DNA of 62,290 nucleotides, filler included. It is 14 parts of 14 records of this genome, joined end to end, with 100 filler letters (N's around TTAATTAATTAA, not from the genome) between each part and the next. Parts side by side here need not be neighbours in the genome. Positions count along the whole stretch, not along the records: positions 1 to 5,403 come from SRR15195285_10698; positions 5,504 to 8,705 come from SRR15195285_10713; positions 8,806 to 12,299 come from SRR15195285_10715; 11 more parts are not named here. One strand, given 5' to 3'. Every line of letters starts with the position of its first letter. Positions within the stretch are counted from its first letter, which is position 1. The position numbers were made by a program, and so were the translations under genes. Shown piece after piece: positions 1-11,973 of this stretch. The notes beneath the pieces were generated by a model. It had not been told where the DNA came from, searched no databases, and saw only the letters and a list, made by a program, of their open reading frames with translations.

Positions 1-481
1 CCGGGCATAAGGCCCCTTATGCCCGGTGTCCCCGGAGAACCCCGGGTGCTCTTTGTGTGTTTGCTGTTTCTTGCCCTTTGGCTTTTTTAAAATATATCCC
101 GGCGCTTTATTGTACAGGGTATGATCAATGATGAACAGCGGCCGGTCGTTCGGAAACCCCACAGGCCGGTGCGGCGTGACGGAGCAGTGCCGCAGCGAGC
201 TGCTGGGCCTGGCGAGGCCATCAGTTGATCGCCTGTAGACGGTGTCTCCCTGTCTGTCCGTCGAGTTGCACAGGCGTGGTGCCTTCTCCATCCCACGTGT
301 CAACGTACCCTCGGTATACCTGGAGAGAGAGGTTGCTGTGCTTTTTTTGAGCGATCTTCGTCTTGTGTGGGAGCACGCCACACGGGCGAGAGCTGAACAG
401 TGCGAGTACGGGTTGAGTGGATGTGAGAGCCACTGGCAACGTGGAGCTTTCTTGTTGGGTGAGCCGGTGCGCGGTGCAGCC

Positions 482-2431
482 ATGTCGGTTCTTAGCTCCC
501 CGAAGGGTAAGGTCGTCGTGAGTATCGGTGGGGAGAAGACGGATCGCAACGACGGTCGGCGCCAGATGCCACGAACAGCTGACCTGAACCGCCTCAAGCA
601 GCAGCTGACGGGAGTCACCACATCTGTGCCACACCGCGTGGGGCTGATCCAGCGATACATCGGAGGCTTCACCTATAATCAGACTCTGACGCGGCATTTC
701 GATACGAGCATGGACCGCCCGCTTGCCGCGATCCTCGAGACGGCGCGCTATATCCTGCACGGCATGTACCACGTCCGCTGTCTGGAGGCAGTGTTCGCAG
801 GCATCGCGCTTACGCAGCAGCTGCGAGACGTTGACCGCATAACCCTGCGCTTCAAGTCGCACATTCCATCGCTAGATCAGATGTACCGTCATATTGTCTT
901 GGCAGTGCGTGTGCCAAGCACGACACCTGGGGCTGCACCTGTCTGGGGTGCGATCGGGCTGAGCCGCGAGCCAGCGCTGATGAACAAACCATGCCGCTTC
1001 AACAGCCTACACGAGCTTATCGAAGACTTTGTGAAAGGTTACAACAGCTGCGCCCCAAGTCACAATGTGGTGAGCGTATCCGTAGGGCTGCCCATTTCAC
1101 ATGATGACTGGAGCTCGGTAAGCTCGATCCTGTTCTCAGTCGTGACTGCTCTTGACACTGCTGTGACTCTAGACCTCACGATCTCATCGACGTCCGCACG
1201 TTGCTTCCAATTTAGGCACCCGTCTGCTGGGGCTACCTGACAGTTCATCCACGCCTGGAGTTTGCGGATCAGAACAAGCGGGTACTAGAAGAACATGTCG
1301 ACAGCACGAACACATCGACGCTCATCCCGCTCTGGGAAAAGTACGGGAGGCTTCGCATCGCACAGCCTACTCGGCCAGGCTCGCGGCTTACCACACCCGG
1401 TGGCCCAGCGGAAAGAAAACTGCAGGGTCAAGATGATCGTGCTGATTGGGTCGAAGAGGTGGTACAATCTGTCAAGGCGCATATCAAGCTCGGCCCGGTG
1501 AGCTGCCCGGCTGCCGTTCACTCTGTTGGTGCTGTAGTTTTCACCTGATTTCGAACCAAAGTGCTGTTCATTCTGACGTTCGGTTGTCAGAACATCGTAG
1601 AATTGTAGAAACACATGTCTCCTTCGTTGGCTAATAATTTGATTTTCTGTCGTTATGTGTACACTGATCAGGAACCACCGGTCTTGCACAACCGGGATGG
1701 CAGCGTCCGGGCCACCAGCACCGGCGGAAAGCATGTCCGGGTCGCGCAGATGTGGAAGAATCCATCTCACTCACTCGCATCTACAGGGTCCAATTTGTCC
1801 CCGCCGTCTCCAACACAGCTGCGTGGGCAGCCAGCAAGGGTAACTCCACCGTCTTCTCGGTCTGCGTCGTCAGGTCGAAGCAGCTTACCGCCTGTGTTGT
1901 CCTCGATCAACACATCGATCGGTACGTACCTTGGCCGTCATCACACTAAAGACCCTCTGATCGCTCTATCAGTGCGTGGACCGATGGACTGACGAAGGGA
2001 GTCGCATGTTTGCACCGTGTAAATCTGCTGTACTCTTAGAGCATCAAAAGATGGACAGAAACGACTCTGCGTTTTCCACCAGCGGCAGCCTATCTCGTCC
2101 GCACGAACTCTTGCCGCATGCAAATCCGAGTGCACGAAAGCAGAAGCGATCGCGGAGACCGATGACTGAGCCGACGCCGGGCGAGCCGTTGTCGCCCTTA
2201 CGCGCACGACTTAGGCAACGATCTGGGGCTGGCAGTACATGTAGCGACCCCACCTATGTACAATTGGTGGGTGGAACCCCTGCTGGTGGTTTGTATCCTG
2301 CTAGAAAGGGGCCTGGTACCATCCATCGGGGTGCGAAAGGAAGAGGAGGAGCAGCAGCAGCAACGGGAGACGTCGGGGTGCGAGTGGCAGCGACGGCAGC
2401 CACCGCCTTGCTAATGCAGCACCAGCAGTAG
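482..2431 (+). CDS. VASH: Vasohibin-family tubulin carboxypeptidase (4 exons: 482-1117, 1216-1497, 1672-1921, 2040-2431; true 5' end uncertain, frame is open from 242)
   Basis: IQRYIGGFTYNQT, VRCLEAV (catalytic Cys), YRHIVL (His) and GAIGLSR (Ser) match vasohibin motifs. Three GT-AG introns restore the frame to the TAG at 2431. Confidence 0.85.
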
Positions 2432-2492
2432 CTATTATAAAATTGTAATATTGGTATCCAAGCAGGTATCTAATCCTTATCGGCAATAGCCG

Positions 2493-4712
2493 CTAAAGGG
2501 AGCCCATCCCCATCCCCATCCCCATCCCCGCCGGTTGACCCGCCTCCGCCAAGGCGCGCGCCACGTCGTCTTGCTCCTTTTGCAGTCTCTGTTTCTCCGC
2601 GCGCAACCAAGCTCTCTCGTCCTCCAAGGTGCTTGGTAGATCGGACGGGTTCATGGGATCAGATGCCGCTGCTGGTGCTGCCCTACCATTCCCCTTGAGT
2701 TCTGGCCGCGCCATCGTCTCGAGCTTCGGTGCTGCCTGTCTGGTACGTTCGAGTTCTTGCTTGAGACTCGGGGATTTTGTCACGAGTTTGGTTGGGCGCG
2801 ATGAGAGCGTCCGTCGCTGAGTGCCACCGCCACTGCCACCACTGCCACTGCTGCTGCGGCGGATCGTTCTGAGCTTCGGTGCGGACACAGGGTCCTGTGC
2901 ATCAGCAGCAGGAACCTCGTCTATAGCAGACCCGCCACCACCGTCAGCCCCTTCCAGTGATGGTGGCGGCCCAATCTCATCGTCGACTGGTGCTGCTCCA
3001 GGGACCGCGTTTGATTTTTCCCCGCCGACGCTCGTGGCAGCAGCACCTCCCGCATAAGGCGGTGGAGGCGGCAGCTCTGCCTTCGCCTTGGCATATAGAT
3101 CTTCAAGCATCGCCGTACCTGGGGCAGATCCAGCGCTGTCTGACTCGGTTGGCGTACACAGCCCACACGCTAATCGACACTTCTTTGCCATAAATGCAGC
3201 ATCAGCCTCGCACTCTCCACTTGCCGCCCAGAGATTGCATTTCCAATCGATGTCTATGCAACCAGTCGCCCACGATGGCTCTGGCGCAGGTGCTGGCGGC
3301 GTAACTGGTGGAGGTGCCACGGGTCCTCGAACGTATCCCTCTGCGGCCGCAAGCGCAGCGTGTGCAGCGTGCGCCTCCGCAGCCTCGGCGATGCTCGGCC
3401 CATCACGATCGCCCAGCGGACCAATGAGAAAGGTCGATGGTAGCCAGAGCTCGGTGTTTGTCTTGATCCATCCTTCGGGTGCGGCAGGATCGGCCACTGC
3501 GTACACGAGCGTGTGGGCCTCCGCCACGACCTTCGTGCGAGCATTCTTCTCCGGCTTGCTGCGGAACGCGACCGCCCCGCCTCCATCGACTTGGTACCAG
3601 ACCCCTTCTCCTGCCGTAGATTGTGCTGTCGATGGCGGTGGCGGCGGTTCCGAGAGAGGCGGTGGCGCGACACGGTCGCGCTTCGCTCTGGCTTGTGCCA
3701 GCCGCTCCTCAGCACTGGCGCCGTAACCATGGCTTGGCTCCCAACCAGGCTGGCGACGCTCCTCCGCACGTGCCTGCTGTCGCAGGTGGTCGCGTTCCAT
3801 GGGCGACAGATCGTCGCCGCCGTTCCCGCCACGGCGCATGCGTGAGCGCGCCATCTCGCGCATCAACATGACCTCTTCGCGTTTCGCCTGGACCTGCTCC
3901 TGGATCCGACGTGCTTCGTCAGGGTCCATAGAATCGCCGCCTCCGTCGGCTCCGTCGCCAGTTGCGGCTCCACCGAGAAGCGACGCGCGGTTCGCGTCCA
4001 TGTCGCCCACGGGCGTCCTCCCTCCTGCTACGCGCTTCATTTTCGTGGTGGCACCCTGCGGTGGCGCAGTCATATCCGGCGGGGCCTTGCCCTGGGCAAG
4101 CGACGCGTGGAGACGGTCGATCTTCGCTTTTGCTGCATCAAGCGCGTCCTGCTGCGCAATCATCGCGGCCTCTGTCTCCTCCCTCACTGCTCTGGCCGCC
4201 GGATCTTCCTCCTCTGGCATCAGGTCCGCGCCCGGGATAAACTCTGCGGCCGACGGCACAAACTCCTCTGTGGCCATCCGAGCTGGATCGCGCACATCGT
4301 CACGGCGGCCGGCCCCACTGTCCTCACGCGGCGCGGGCACCGAACGATCTTCACCATTCGCCCCGATCAGCGGGGCTGCGATCGCCTCAGCAAGAACAGC
4401 AGCCTCGAGCGCCTCCTGCTCGCTCAAGCCACCAGCATTCACCTCGAGCATGCTCTCCTTCGCGAGCTCGACGGAGAGCTCGGATGCCTCCATTAAGCCT
4501 GCTTGCTGCGTCGCTGTCCCTGTCAGGAGGTCCTCTTCCCCACCCAGCGTCATCATCCCACCCTGCTGAGCCTCCTCCGGCACCCAGCCCTTCTGACCGT
4601 CCCACACCATCCCAGGAGGCGCCCCTCCAGCCGCCGCCTCCGCCAGCACCACCACCACCACCACCACCGCCAGGCTAAAATTCGGCGCTCTCATCGTCAT
4701 ACCCTCAACCAT
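2493..4712 (-). CDS. Secreted low-complexity protein with an SH3-like segment and an ShKT domain
   Basis: Signal peptide MRAPNFSLAVVVVVVVLAEAAAG; ShKT CIDIDWKCNLWAASGECEADAAFMAKKCRLACGLC; C-terminal coiled coil. Start is ATG 4712, 4700 or 4694. Confidence 0.7.
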   Translation of the reverse strand: MVEGMTMRAPNFSLAVVVVVVVLAEAAAGGAPPGMVWDGQKGWVPEEAQQGGMMTLGGEEDLLTGTATQQAGLMEASELSVELAKESMLEVNAGGLSEQEALEAAVLAEAIAAPLIGANGEDRSVPAPREDSGAGRRDDVRDPARMATEEFVPSAAEFIPGADLMPEEEDPAARAVREETEAAMIAQQDALDAAKAKIDRLHASLAQGKAPPDMTAPPQGATTKMKRVAGGRTPVGDMDANRASLLGGAATGDGADGGGDSMDPDEARRIQEQVQAKREEVMLMREMARSRMRRGGNGGDDLSPMERDHLRQQARAEERRQPGWEPSHGYGASAEERLAQARAKRDRVAPPPLSEPPPPPSTAQSTAGEGVWYQVDGGGAVAFRSKPEKNARTKVVAEAHTLVYAVADPAAPEGWIKTNTELWLPSTFLIGPLGDRDGPSIAEAAEAHAAHAALAAAEGYVRGPVAPPPVTPPAPAPEPSWATGCIDIDWKCNLWAASGECEADAAFMAKKCRLACGLCTPTESDSAGSAPGTAMLEDLYAKAKAELPPPPPYAGGAAATSVGGEKSNAVPGAAPVDDEIGPPPSLEGADGGGGSAIDEVPAADAQDPVSAPKLRTIRRSSSGSGGSGGGTQRRTLSSRPTKLVTKSPSLKQELERTRQAAPKLETMARPELKGNGRAAPAAASDPMNPSDLPSTLEDERAWLRAEKQRLQKEQDDVARALAEAGQPAGMGMGMGMGSL

Positions 4713-5403
4713 CCCGCTACCACCCAACGAGCTGCACACGCCGCCCCCCCCAACGATCCGATCCCCACTGTCCACGCTGCACTGCACTGCACTGCACTGC
4801 AGCGCTGCCGTCGAGCCCAGCCACCCAGAGCCAGACCAACCGCCCTGGCAGCAGCAGCCCACGTGGTGGTGGCCACAGCAGGAGCTGGGCGGATCGCAAT
4901 ACTGGTACCGGTACTACTAGTAGATCTATTGATAGCTCAATTCATAGGTACTATAGTACAATTAGATACTAGTTTTTTTTAAAAAAAATAGTAGGAATTC
5001 CTAGTCCGGTACCGTACAGGATACTGTTTAATTGCGTACAGTAATCAGTATGAATGCCGCGGTTGTTGCATCGCGTGCATGGAGCGATGCTTCGTGCTAA
5101 GAATAGAACGAATGGAATCCAAAATCGAGAAACTGGAGACTCCATGTGACCAAGTATCATATTGAGGATCCGTGCCCTCCGCCAGATCTATCCACCTTCT
5201 CCAACGTAATACCAGACTCCAGAGGCACAACAACCGTAATCTGTAATCTGCCTGCATGCTCGCTGGGCACTTCGTGCGCCGCCGGGCGCGCGGGGCGCGA
5301 CCAGCGCAGCGCTGTATACGTATATTAGCTGTGTCGAAAATCCGGCGAGCGCAACGCAGCTCGCGAGTCGGATTTTGACCCTCGGCCGTCCCCCTTCTCT
5401 CTC

Positions 5404-5503
5404 NNNNNNNNNNNNNNNNNNNNNNNNNNNNNNNNNNNNNNNNNNNNTTAATTAATTAANNNNNNNNNNNNNNNNNNNNNNNNNNNNNNNNNNNNNNNNN
5501 NNN
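5404..5503. other. Artificial contig spacer N44-TTAATTAATTAA-N44. Further copies at 8706-8805, 12300-12399, 16540-16639, 20308-20407, 23521-23620, 29285-29384, 32821-32920, 36494-36593, 40736-40835, 44447-44546, 47552-47651, 57307-57406
   Basis: 13 identical 100-nt spacers with stops in all six frames; ORFs are cut at their edges. Confidence 0.99.
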
Positions 5504-8500
5504 AACAGATCCATTTTGGGCAGCCCACGGGCTGCCATCACTTTCACTATGAACGTACCAATCTCTGGTTCTTCGGGTGGCTTAGCAGTGATGACCGATG
5601 GCTCCTGCTGATCTATGCGTTCCAGGATAGGACGTCCGTCCACGAGCTTGTCACTGACCCAGCCTACTTTTGTGCGCACGCGGCTGATCCCGAGTCTAAT
5701 GGGTATCATCTCAAATCCTTCAACTTCAGTCCCTTCTACCAGCTCACCAACCTTCAGAGAGGTCAACTCCTTGCCAGACCGGACGGTTGAGGTAACTACG
5801 CATCTGAAGCGCATACTTGTCCGGCCGGCACGAAACTTGGCATGTTCTGCCCATGCCAAAAACGTAATATCCAGCATATTTCGCTGCATCCGCCCAAGAA
5901 CGGACTTCATAAGGCGAGCAGCCTTCTCTTCGTCTGTCTCATCAACCACTTCTGCCCGTTTTGTCAACCTGCCAGCGCTTTTCTTGTCGTTGATAACTAG
6001 TGCAGCTTTTGTCTTCCCCATGACAACTTTCCAGCGCGCCTTGCGTGTCTCTACAGTATCGATTCTATCTTCAAGAGCGATTGCCTTAGCGTCATGCCCT
6101 GCATGCGCTACCATTCCGGACCATTTTTCAGCCTGTTGCTCACCGTCCTTCTTGACTAAGTGCACTAGTTGCGAGACACAGAAACGAGCAAGCTCAGCAT
6201 CCTCTATCTGGTCTAGCATCAGCTCGCCGACCCCTTCGCGCTTGCGATACCACTCGATCAACTCCTCTGGCTCAACTTCTCCGCCACCATCGGTATCGAT
6301 TTCGGTCATGATATCATGAACCATCCCCCTGTACTCCTCTTGCACCTGGTTGCCACCAAGGCCAACGCGCGTTACACCTGTGCATTCCAGGTCCGCCAAA
6401 AGCAGCGCGAGTTCCTTTTCATCCAGTGTTCCACCCATATCGCGATCATACTTCTTGAATAGTATGAGCACCTTCTGCCGTATGGCATCATCTTGGAGGC
6501 CTTCCTCTTTCTCTTCGTGCTTCGCAACGTCTTCCTCCATCTGCGAAGCTTCTGCCATTTTCTGTGACATTTGAAACTCAATCTGTTGGACCTGCTCATC
6601 AATGCTTCCCTGCAGGGCGAGTACTCGCACGCTCATGTGGTCCTGGTCGTTGCCGGGCCTTGACTGATGCAGCTCTTCGATGTTCCGTTTCATCAGCTCT
6701 ACGTCATCCCAGGCTTCTTTGATTCGTGCCCGTTGCTCTTGCTGCTCCTCAGCTTTCGCATTTGCGATTGCTTCAGCCTGATGCTGTGCGGAATCGATGA
6801 GAAAGGCTGCCATGGCGAGAATGGCTGGGATGGCGAGCCCACTTGCAGACAAAACTCCCACAAGCCTGGCACGTCGTTGTGCGACCATGTACTTAGACGC
6901 TTTCGTTTGGCAGAATATGACCAACGCTTCGCGTGCTAGCAGCTGCATCTCGTTATCATAATGGCCCATCCACGCCAACATTGTCATGATCGGCAAAGCT
7001 TCCGCCGCCTTTTCTTTGATCTCCTCCTTTCTGACCATGTTGCGCAAAAAGCGGGCGACCTCACGGCAGCCGATCACATCTGAGCAGCCAGAGGCGTATT
7101 CAATTACTGCAGGCATGGTCGCATAGTCAAGCCCAGACTCGTGAAAGGCAGACATTTCGTCCAGCAGACGGGGGTCCTCAGACGCGACGCTGACCAGGCT
7201 CATTGCAAACCGGCGAACCGTGGGGTCTGGCGCTGAGCTGATCAGCCGTAAAGCACAAGGTAGCAGCCGGGCCGCCAAAATTTCGGCGGTCGAGTAGTTC
7301 AGACCTCCGCGCGCATTATCGGTGAATTCTGCTCCTCCTCCCCCACCATCCACCCCAGTCGCCCGCAATGCCCACATTTGCAGCTCGGTGGGCGTCACAT
7401 CATCGGCTGGGTTTGTGTACAGAATCGCGACTAGTCCATGCAGGCCATTTTCACGAATAAGTTGCGCTCGGTTTGCTCTGTTCAAAGCAAGCAAGCACAC
7501 TATCTGCCCAATCAATCGCGGTACTACGCATCCCTGGATGTTGTCCCCAGGCTGAAATGCCATGCCTTGCTGCAGTGATAGCAACGCGGTCACCAACGAG
7601 CCCTTCATGAAGCGCTCGTGCGACTCGTCAAATCTAGCCACCTGTGCGATCGCAAATAGACACTCGACAGACATAGGTCGTGGAAATACCATTCCGACGC
7701 GATCTGACGTTCGGTCAGCATCCTCATCGGCAGCAAGGCTCGCAGCTGCTGCAGTCACGGCGTCGACTAGGGCTTGTGTGATACCAAAGCTGTTGACGAC
7801 GTGCGCGCATCGCTTCGACACACAGGAAGCGATTATGAGAAAAAGCAGCCGCAATTCTGCGCGCGAGAGGCGCGCTGGATCGCCTTGCTTGCGCTGCAAT
7901 GCTCCGACTAGAATTCGCACGCCGCGGCTTCCCTTCTGTGCCTGCGAGCGCCGGTCGAGCTTCTTTTGCAGCAACGTTAGCGCTTCCGCGGCCTCGGGCG
8001 TCCTCCCATTGCTGTGAAACTCCCTCACGAACTCGTTATAGTCAATCTCGCCATCGTCGTCTTTGTCAAACGTGGCTATCAACCCTTCCACTTGCGAGAC
8101 TGGCAGGTTAATTCCCAAAGCCCTGAGGCCGTCTCGGAATTCTTTGTGCGTTAAGCTTCCATCTCCGTCTATGTCCATCGCCGCAAAAGTGGCCGCAAGG
8201 TCTACCCCACGGTTGAAGAACCACGTTTCGAACTCCTGGTAGTCGACCTCACCGCTACGATCACTATCTATCTCGGCCATCGCGGCGTCCAGGTCAATCT
8301 CATCCTCGGCTCGGCCCATGAGGATTAGGACCTGCCGGACCTCATCCCTGTCAAGGGCCCCGCTGCCGTCCGCGTCCACCTGTTTCCAGACTCGCTTCAG
8401 AATCTCCTCGCGAGCCTCTGTCTTCTGCCCCTGGGCAAGCAGCAGGGCTTGCAGCTGGTGTGGCTTGGTGCCGAACTCGTGCACAAATTCCTTCCACTCG

Positions 8501-8705
8501 ATCATTCCATCGTCGTCGGCATCAAACGTACGGATGAGCTCCTTCACCGTACCGATGGGCAGCACGACGCCGATCCGCCGCAGGCCCGCGCGAAACTCGT
8601 CGTGCGTGATGGACCCATCCCCGTCGTAGTCCAGCTTTCCAAACGCGTCGTTGAGGTCTTCCTCCGCGATGTCCGCGTCCACGACCGCCAGCTTGCTTTG
8701 CAGCG
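5504..8705 (-). CDS. Partial large Ca2+-binding protein: 6 EF-hands, ARM-like repeats, coiled coil, 2 EF-hands, SH3-like module, start of a C2 domain
   Basis: Eight EF-hand loops (e.g. DYDGDGSITHDE, DADGSGALDRDE, DTDGGGEVEPEE). Ends in GTFIVKVMAARGLPKMDL (C2 strand 1). Open at both contig ends. Confidence 0.85.
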
Positions 8706-8894
8706 NNNNNNNNNNNNNNNNNNNNNNNNNNNNNNNNNNNNNNNNNNNNTTAATTAATTAANNNNNNNNNNNNNNNNNNNNNNNNNNNNNNNNNNNNNNN
8801 NNNNNGCTTAGCCTACGGGGGGCTGTAGGGGCGCATTAAGGTGGAAGGCGGGCTTGGGCGGAGCGTGCGTGCCGTTGGCGGAGGACCGGCGGCG

Positions 8895-10178
8895 ATGAGT
8901 CGCGGCGGTGTGTCCGTGCAGGAGATGCGCAAGGTGATGAACGGGTTCCAGCACCAGATGAAGGACGGCGTGAGCGATGCCACGGAGCGCCGCATGCAGC
9001 AGCAGATGAGTGACGTGGGCGAGATGTCCCGGCGCAGCCGCAAGGCGCGGGACAACTACGAGGAGGATGACTACTACGAGGAGGACAGCTCGTTCGCCCC
9101 GTCGCGCGTGCGGAATGCAAGCGAGCGTGCCTACCTGAAGGACGTGGCCGAGGACGATGGCGAGTTTGACGAGCAGGTCTCTGAGGCCGTGCGGCAGTAC
9201 CAGGGCGAGCGGCGAGGCGCGCCGTCCAAGTACAGCGCTCCGGCTCGGCAAGGCGCGCGCGGTGGCAACGACATATCCCGCGGCAGTCGAGGCGGCCCAC
9301 GGCGCGGGGCTGGCGGTTCGGCGCCCATCCAGGGCAGGAGAGCATCTGCTGGTAGCCGAAGAACCAGAGGCGGCGGCAGCCGTGGCGGCATCCGGGCAGA
9401 GCGCTCCGACCCGACGATGGGTTACAGCAACCGGGCAGGGGAGAGATCTGGTCGCGGACCGGGCGGCGACCAGGGCGGCGCGGACATCGAACGGCACAAG
9501 CAACGTGTGGAGGACCTGAAAAATCAGGTGCGGAAGCTGCAGTCGGACATTCCGAACTTGATGAAGGACTACGAGCGGCAACGCCGCGGCAAGGAGGATA
9601 CTGACCGCAAGCTCCAGTCGTTAGAGCGGCAGCTGAAGGAGCGAACTAAGGAGCTCTCGATCCGTAACGCGGACAACCTCGCACTGAAAAAGGAGAACGA
9701 GGAGCTGATACGCGCGAACGAGGACTGGAAGCGGCGCTACGAGACCAAAGAGCGTGAGCTGGCGACGCAGCAGAAGGCCGTCATCAAGCTGCAGTATCTT
9801 GTCGAATGGTACATGAGCCGCGAGCAGCGCTTTAAAGCGGTTAGCCGCGCAGAGATGGAGGAGCTTGTCGACGAGCAGACGCACGGCCAGAAGCAGATGG
9901 AGCAAGTCGACCGCAAGCTGAAGAACGGCCTGATGAACAAGATGGAGCATCAGCAGCGGACGTACGCTAGTTTTGTGGAGAGTGTGCGCAAGCAGACACA
10001 CATGCTCAAGAAGAAGGAGGATGAAGTGAAGCGACTGCGTGGTGGGTTGATTGAGAAAGAGCGCTTCCTCATGGAACAGGACAAGCTCAACGAGAGCCTT
10101 TCAAAGGAGTTGCTGTCCAACTCGATGGATGTCTACAAGAAGACGGTGAAAAACTATCTCGATAAGGCGGCCTCGTGA
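8895..10178 (+). CDS. Coiled-coil protein with an R/G-rich linker, function unknown
   Basis: Intronless ORF with strong GC3 bias and a long heptad-rich C-terminal half. Confidence 0.75.
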   Translation: MSRGGVSVQEMRKVMNGFQHQMKDGVSDATERRMQQQMSDVGEMSRRSRKARDNYEEDDYYEEDSSFAPSRVRNASERAYLKDVAEDDGEFDEQVSEAVRQYQGERRGAPSKYSAPARQGARGGNDISRGSRGGPRRGAGGSAPIQGRRASAGSRRTRGGGSRGGIRAERSDPTMGYSNRAGERSGRGPGGDQGGADIERHKQRVEDLKNQVRKLQSDIPNLMKDYERQRRGKEDTDRKLQSLERQLKERTKELSIRNADNLALKKENEELIRANEDWKRRYETKERELATQQKAVIKLQYLVEWYMSREQRFKAVSRAEMEELVDEQTHGQKQMEQVDRKLKNGLMNKMEHQQRTYASFVESVRKQTHMLKKKEDEVKRLRGGLIEKERFLMEQDKLNESLSKELLSNSMDVYKKTVKNYLDKAAS

Positions 10179-10694
10179 GCTGAGCGAGTGCGTACACTAT
10201 CGCTGCGATATGGGTTGTGGTCGAGAATAGCTTTAGTGAAAATGAAACACAAGTCGCAGCACAACCTCAGTCTGGACTGGATTCACCCGCTCACGTGCGT
10301 GCTATCCAGCGACACGGTGTATACGTAGGGTACCTTCCAGGTAGTGCACACTATGTGCAGTGTACACAACGCATCCTTGAACCATAGCTAACGTCCTTGA
10401 TCATGAGCTTGGAAAGTCCGTTCGACTACGCGTGTCCTAAACTAAAGTAGCATTGCTGAGCGCAGGTTTTCGGACGACTGCACCATTACGGTACCATAGT
10501 GGACAGAGGCTCGGACAGCAGGCCGGAGGAGGCAACAAACTGACTCGGCAGAGGACGTGCGCAACAGCAACGTAGGGTACTAAAGAAAGAGTCAATGGCG
10601 TATCACACATGGGACTCTCCGCACCACTAAGTAGTTGGACGCTGAACAGCCGTCCTCGACAGCCTCACTCGGTTCACCATGGACGTTGCAGTCT

Positions 10695-11973
10695 TCACAT
10701 CTGGTTGTATGCCGCTCTCCACGTCTCGACAGAGATGAACTCATCTCCTTCGTGGGCGGCGGAGCCAGCAGCGTAAACCTTATCGAAAGTGGCGTCGTCC
10801 ACGTCTGGGAAAGCGATCTGGATGATCTTCTTGAGCTTGTCCTTGCTCATCGGGGAGTTGAAGTCGAGCTCGTCTACTCCGTTCACAGCAAACTTCGAGG
10901 GGTACATCACAGCGAACGAACCCGGCTCGTCACCGTAATTTTGGTGATCGGCCACTGAGCGCGTGCGCGGCGGCGCAATGTCAGTACGCACGCCCGGCAC
11001 ACCAAATTTGCGCTCATCGTCACCCGGCGCAACCTGGTTTCGCCAGCCCGGGCGGAGCGTGGTGCCGAGATCCTTGTCCGGCTTCTGGCCTTCGTCCGTG
11101 TAGGCTCCCTTGATGCACTCACCGGTTCCCCAGTCATCCACTCCGCTGCTCTTTACGCCGTACGCGTGGTCCTCCGGCAGGCCCGCTGGCTTGCCCAGCC
11201 CCAAGTTTTTGCAGGCGCCGAGCTCCGCATTCGCAAAATCCTTGAAATTCTCAACCGTCGACGAGACCACGTGCGAGCGCTCACCAAGCGTGAGGGTCGG
11301 GTCCATTGCCTTCATCACCTCCTCGCTGCCACCTCCCATCGCCATCTTCTCCGAGACTCCAAATCTGTGCTTGACCGGATCGATTCCAGTCGAGTCCCAA
11401 TCGTAGCCGCGCCGCTTCTGCTCGCCTGGGTTGTAGTCAGCATGGCTCTTCAGATACAAGCTGTGCGCCCCGCCCTTCTCGTCGTTCGTGGATTCCTATG
11501 GCATCGCAGCGACGGGCACGTGAGCAGGCAGCGACGAGCAGGCAGCAGTCGATCGGAGCGGGACCTAGCACAGAATGGGAAGGGTGGCTTACCGCTGGGA
11601 ACAGCGCCTCCTTCGAGCCGCCGTTGCCGCGATTACCCGGCTTGCCGAACGCGAATTGATCGCTTGACATGTGCGCGGGCAGCACATGCCCGCGGTCCAT
11701 CGAGCGACCCAGCGGCTCCGCCTTGGTGCTGGCATAGATCGACTCCTGCTTGTCGCGCATCATCGCGAGCATCTCCGACTTGGGCTCCCAGTTCATCAGG
11801 TCCGTCGTGGAGGCATCCTTGTAGTTCAGCCGACCGTACGTGCGGCCTTCCGGCTGCGTGTCTCCTTGCATACCTGGGTGGATGATCACCTTCCCAGGCT
11901 CGTTCTTGAGCGACTTGCGCCATGTCTTGATGTTGTCGGCGGTCGGTGGGGGCTCCGGGTAGTCCAGGCAAGC
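10695..11973 (-). CDS. EFHB: EF-hand domain family member B (EFHB/CFAP21), ciliary microtubule inner protein (exons 11973-11593 and 11495-10695; first exon unresolved)
   Basis: ESIYASTKAEPLGRS, YLKSHADYNPGEQKRRGYDW, PDKDLG, FGVPGVRTDIAPP and SVADHQNYGDE motifs. Phase-0 intron 11592-11496. Confidence 0.85.
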
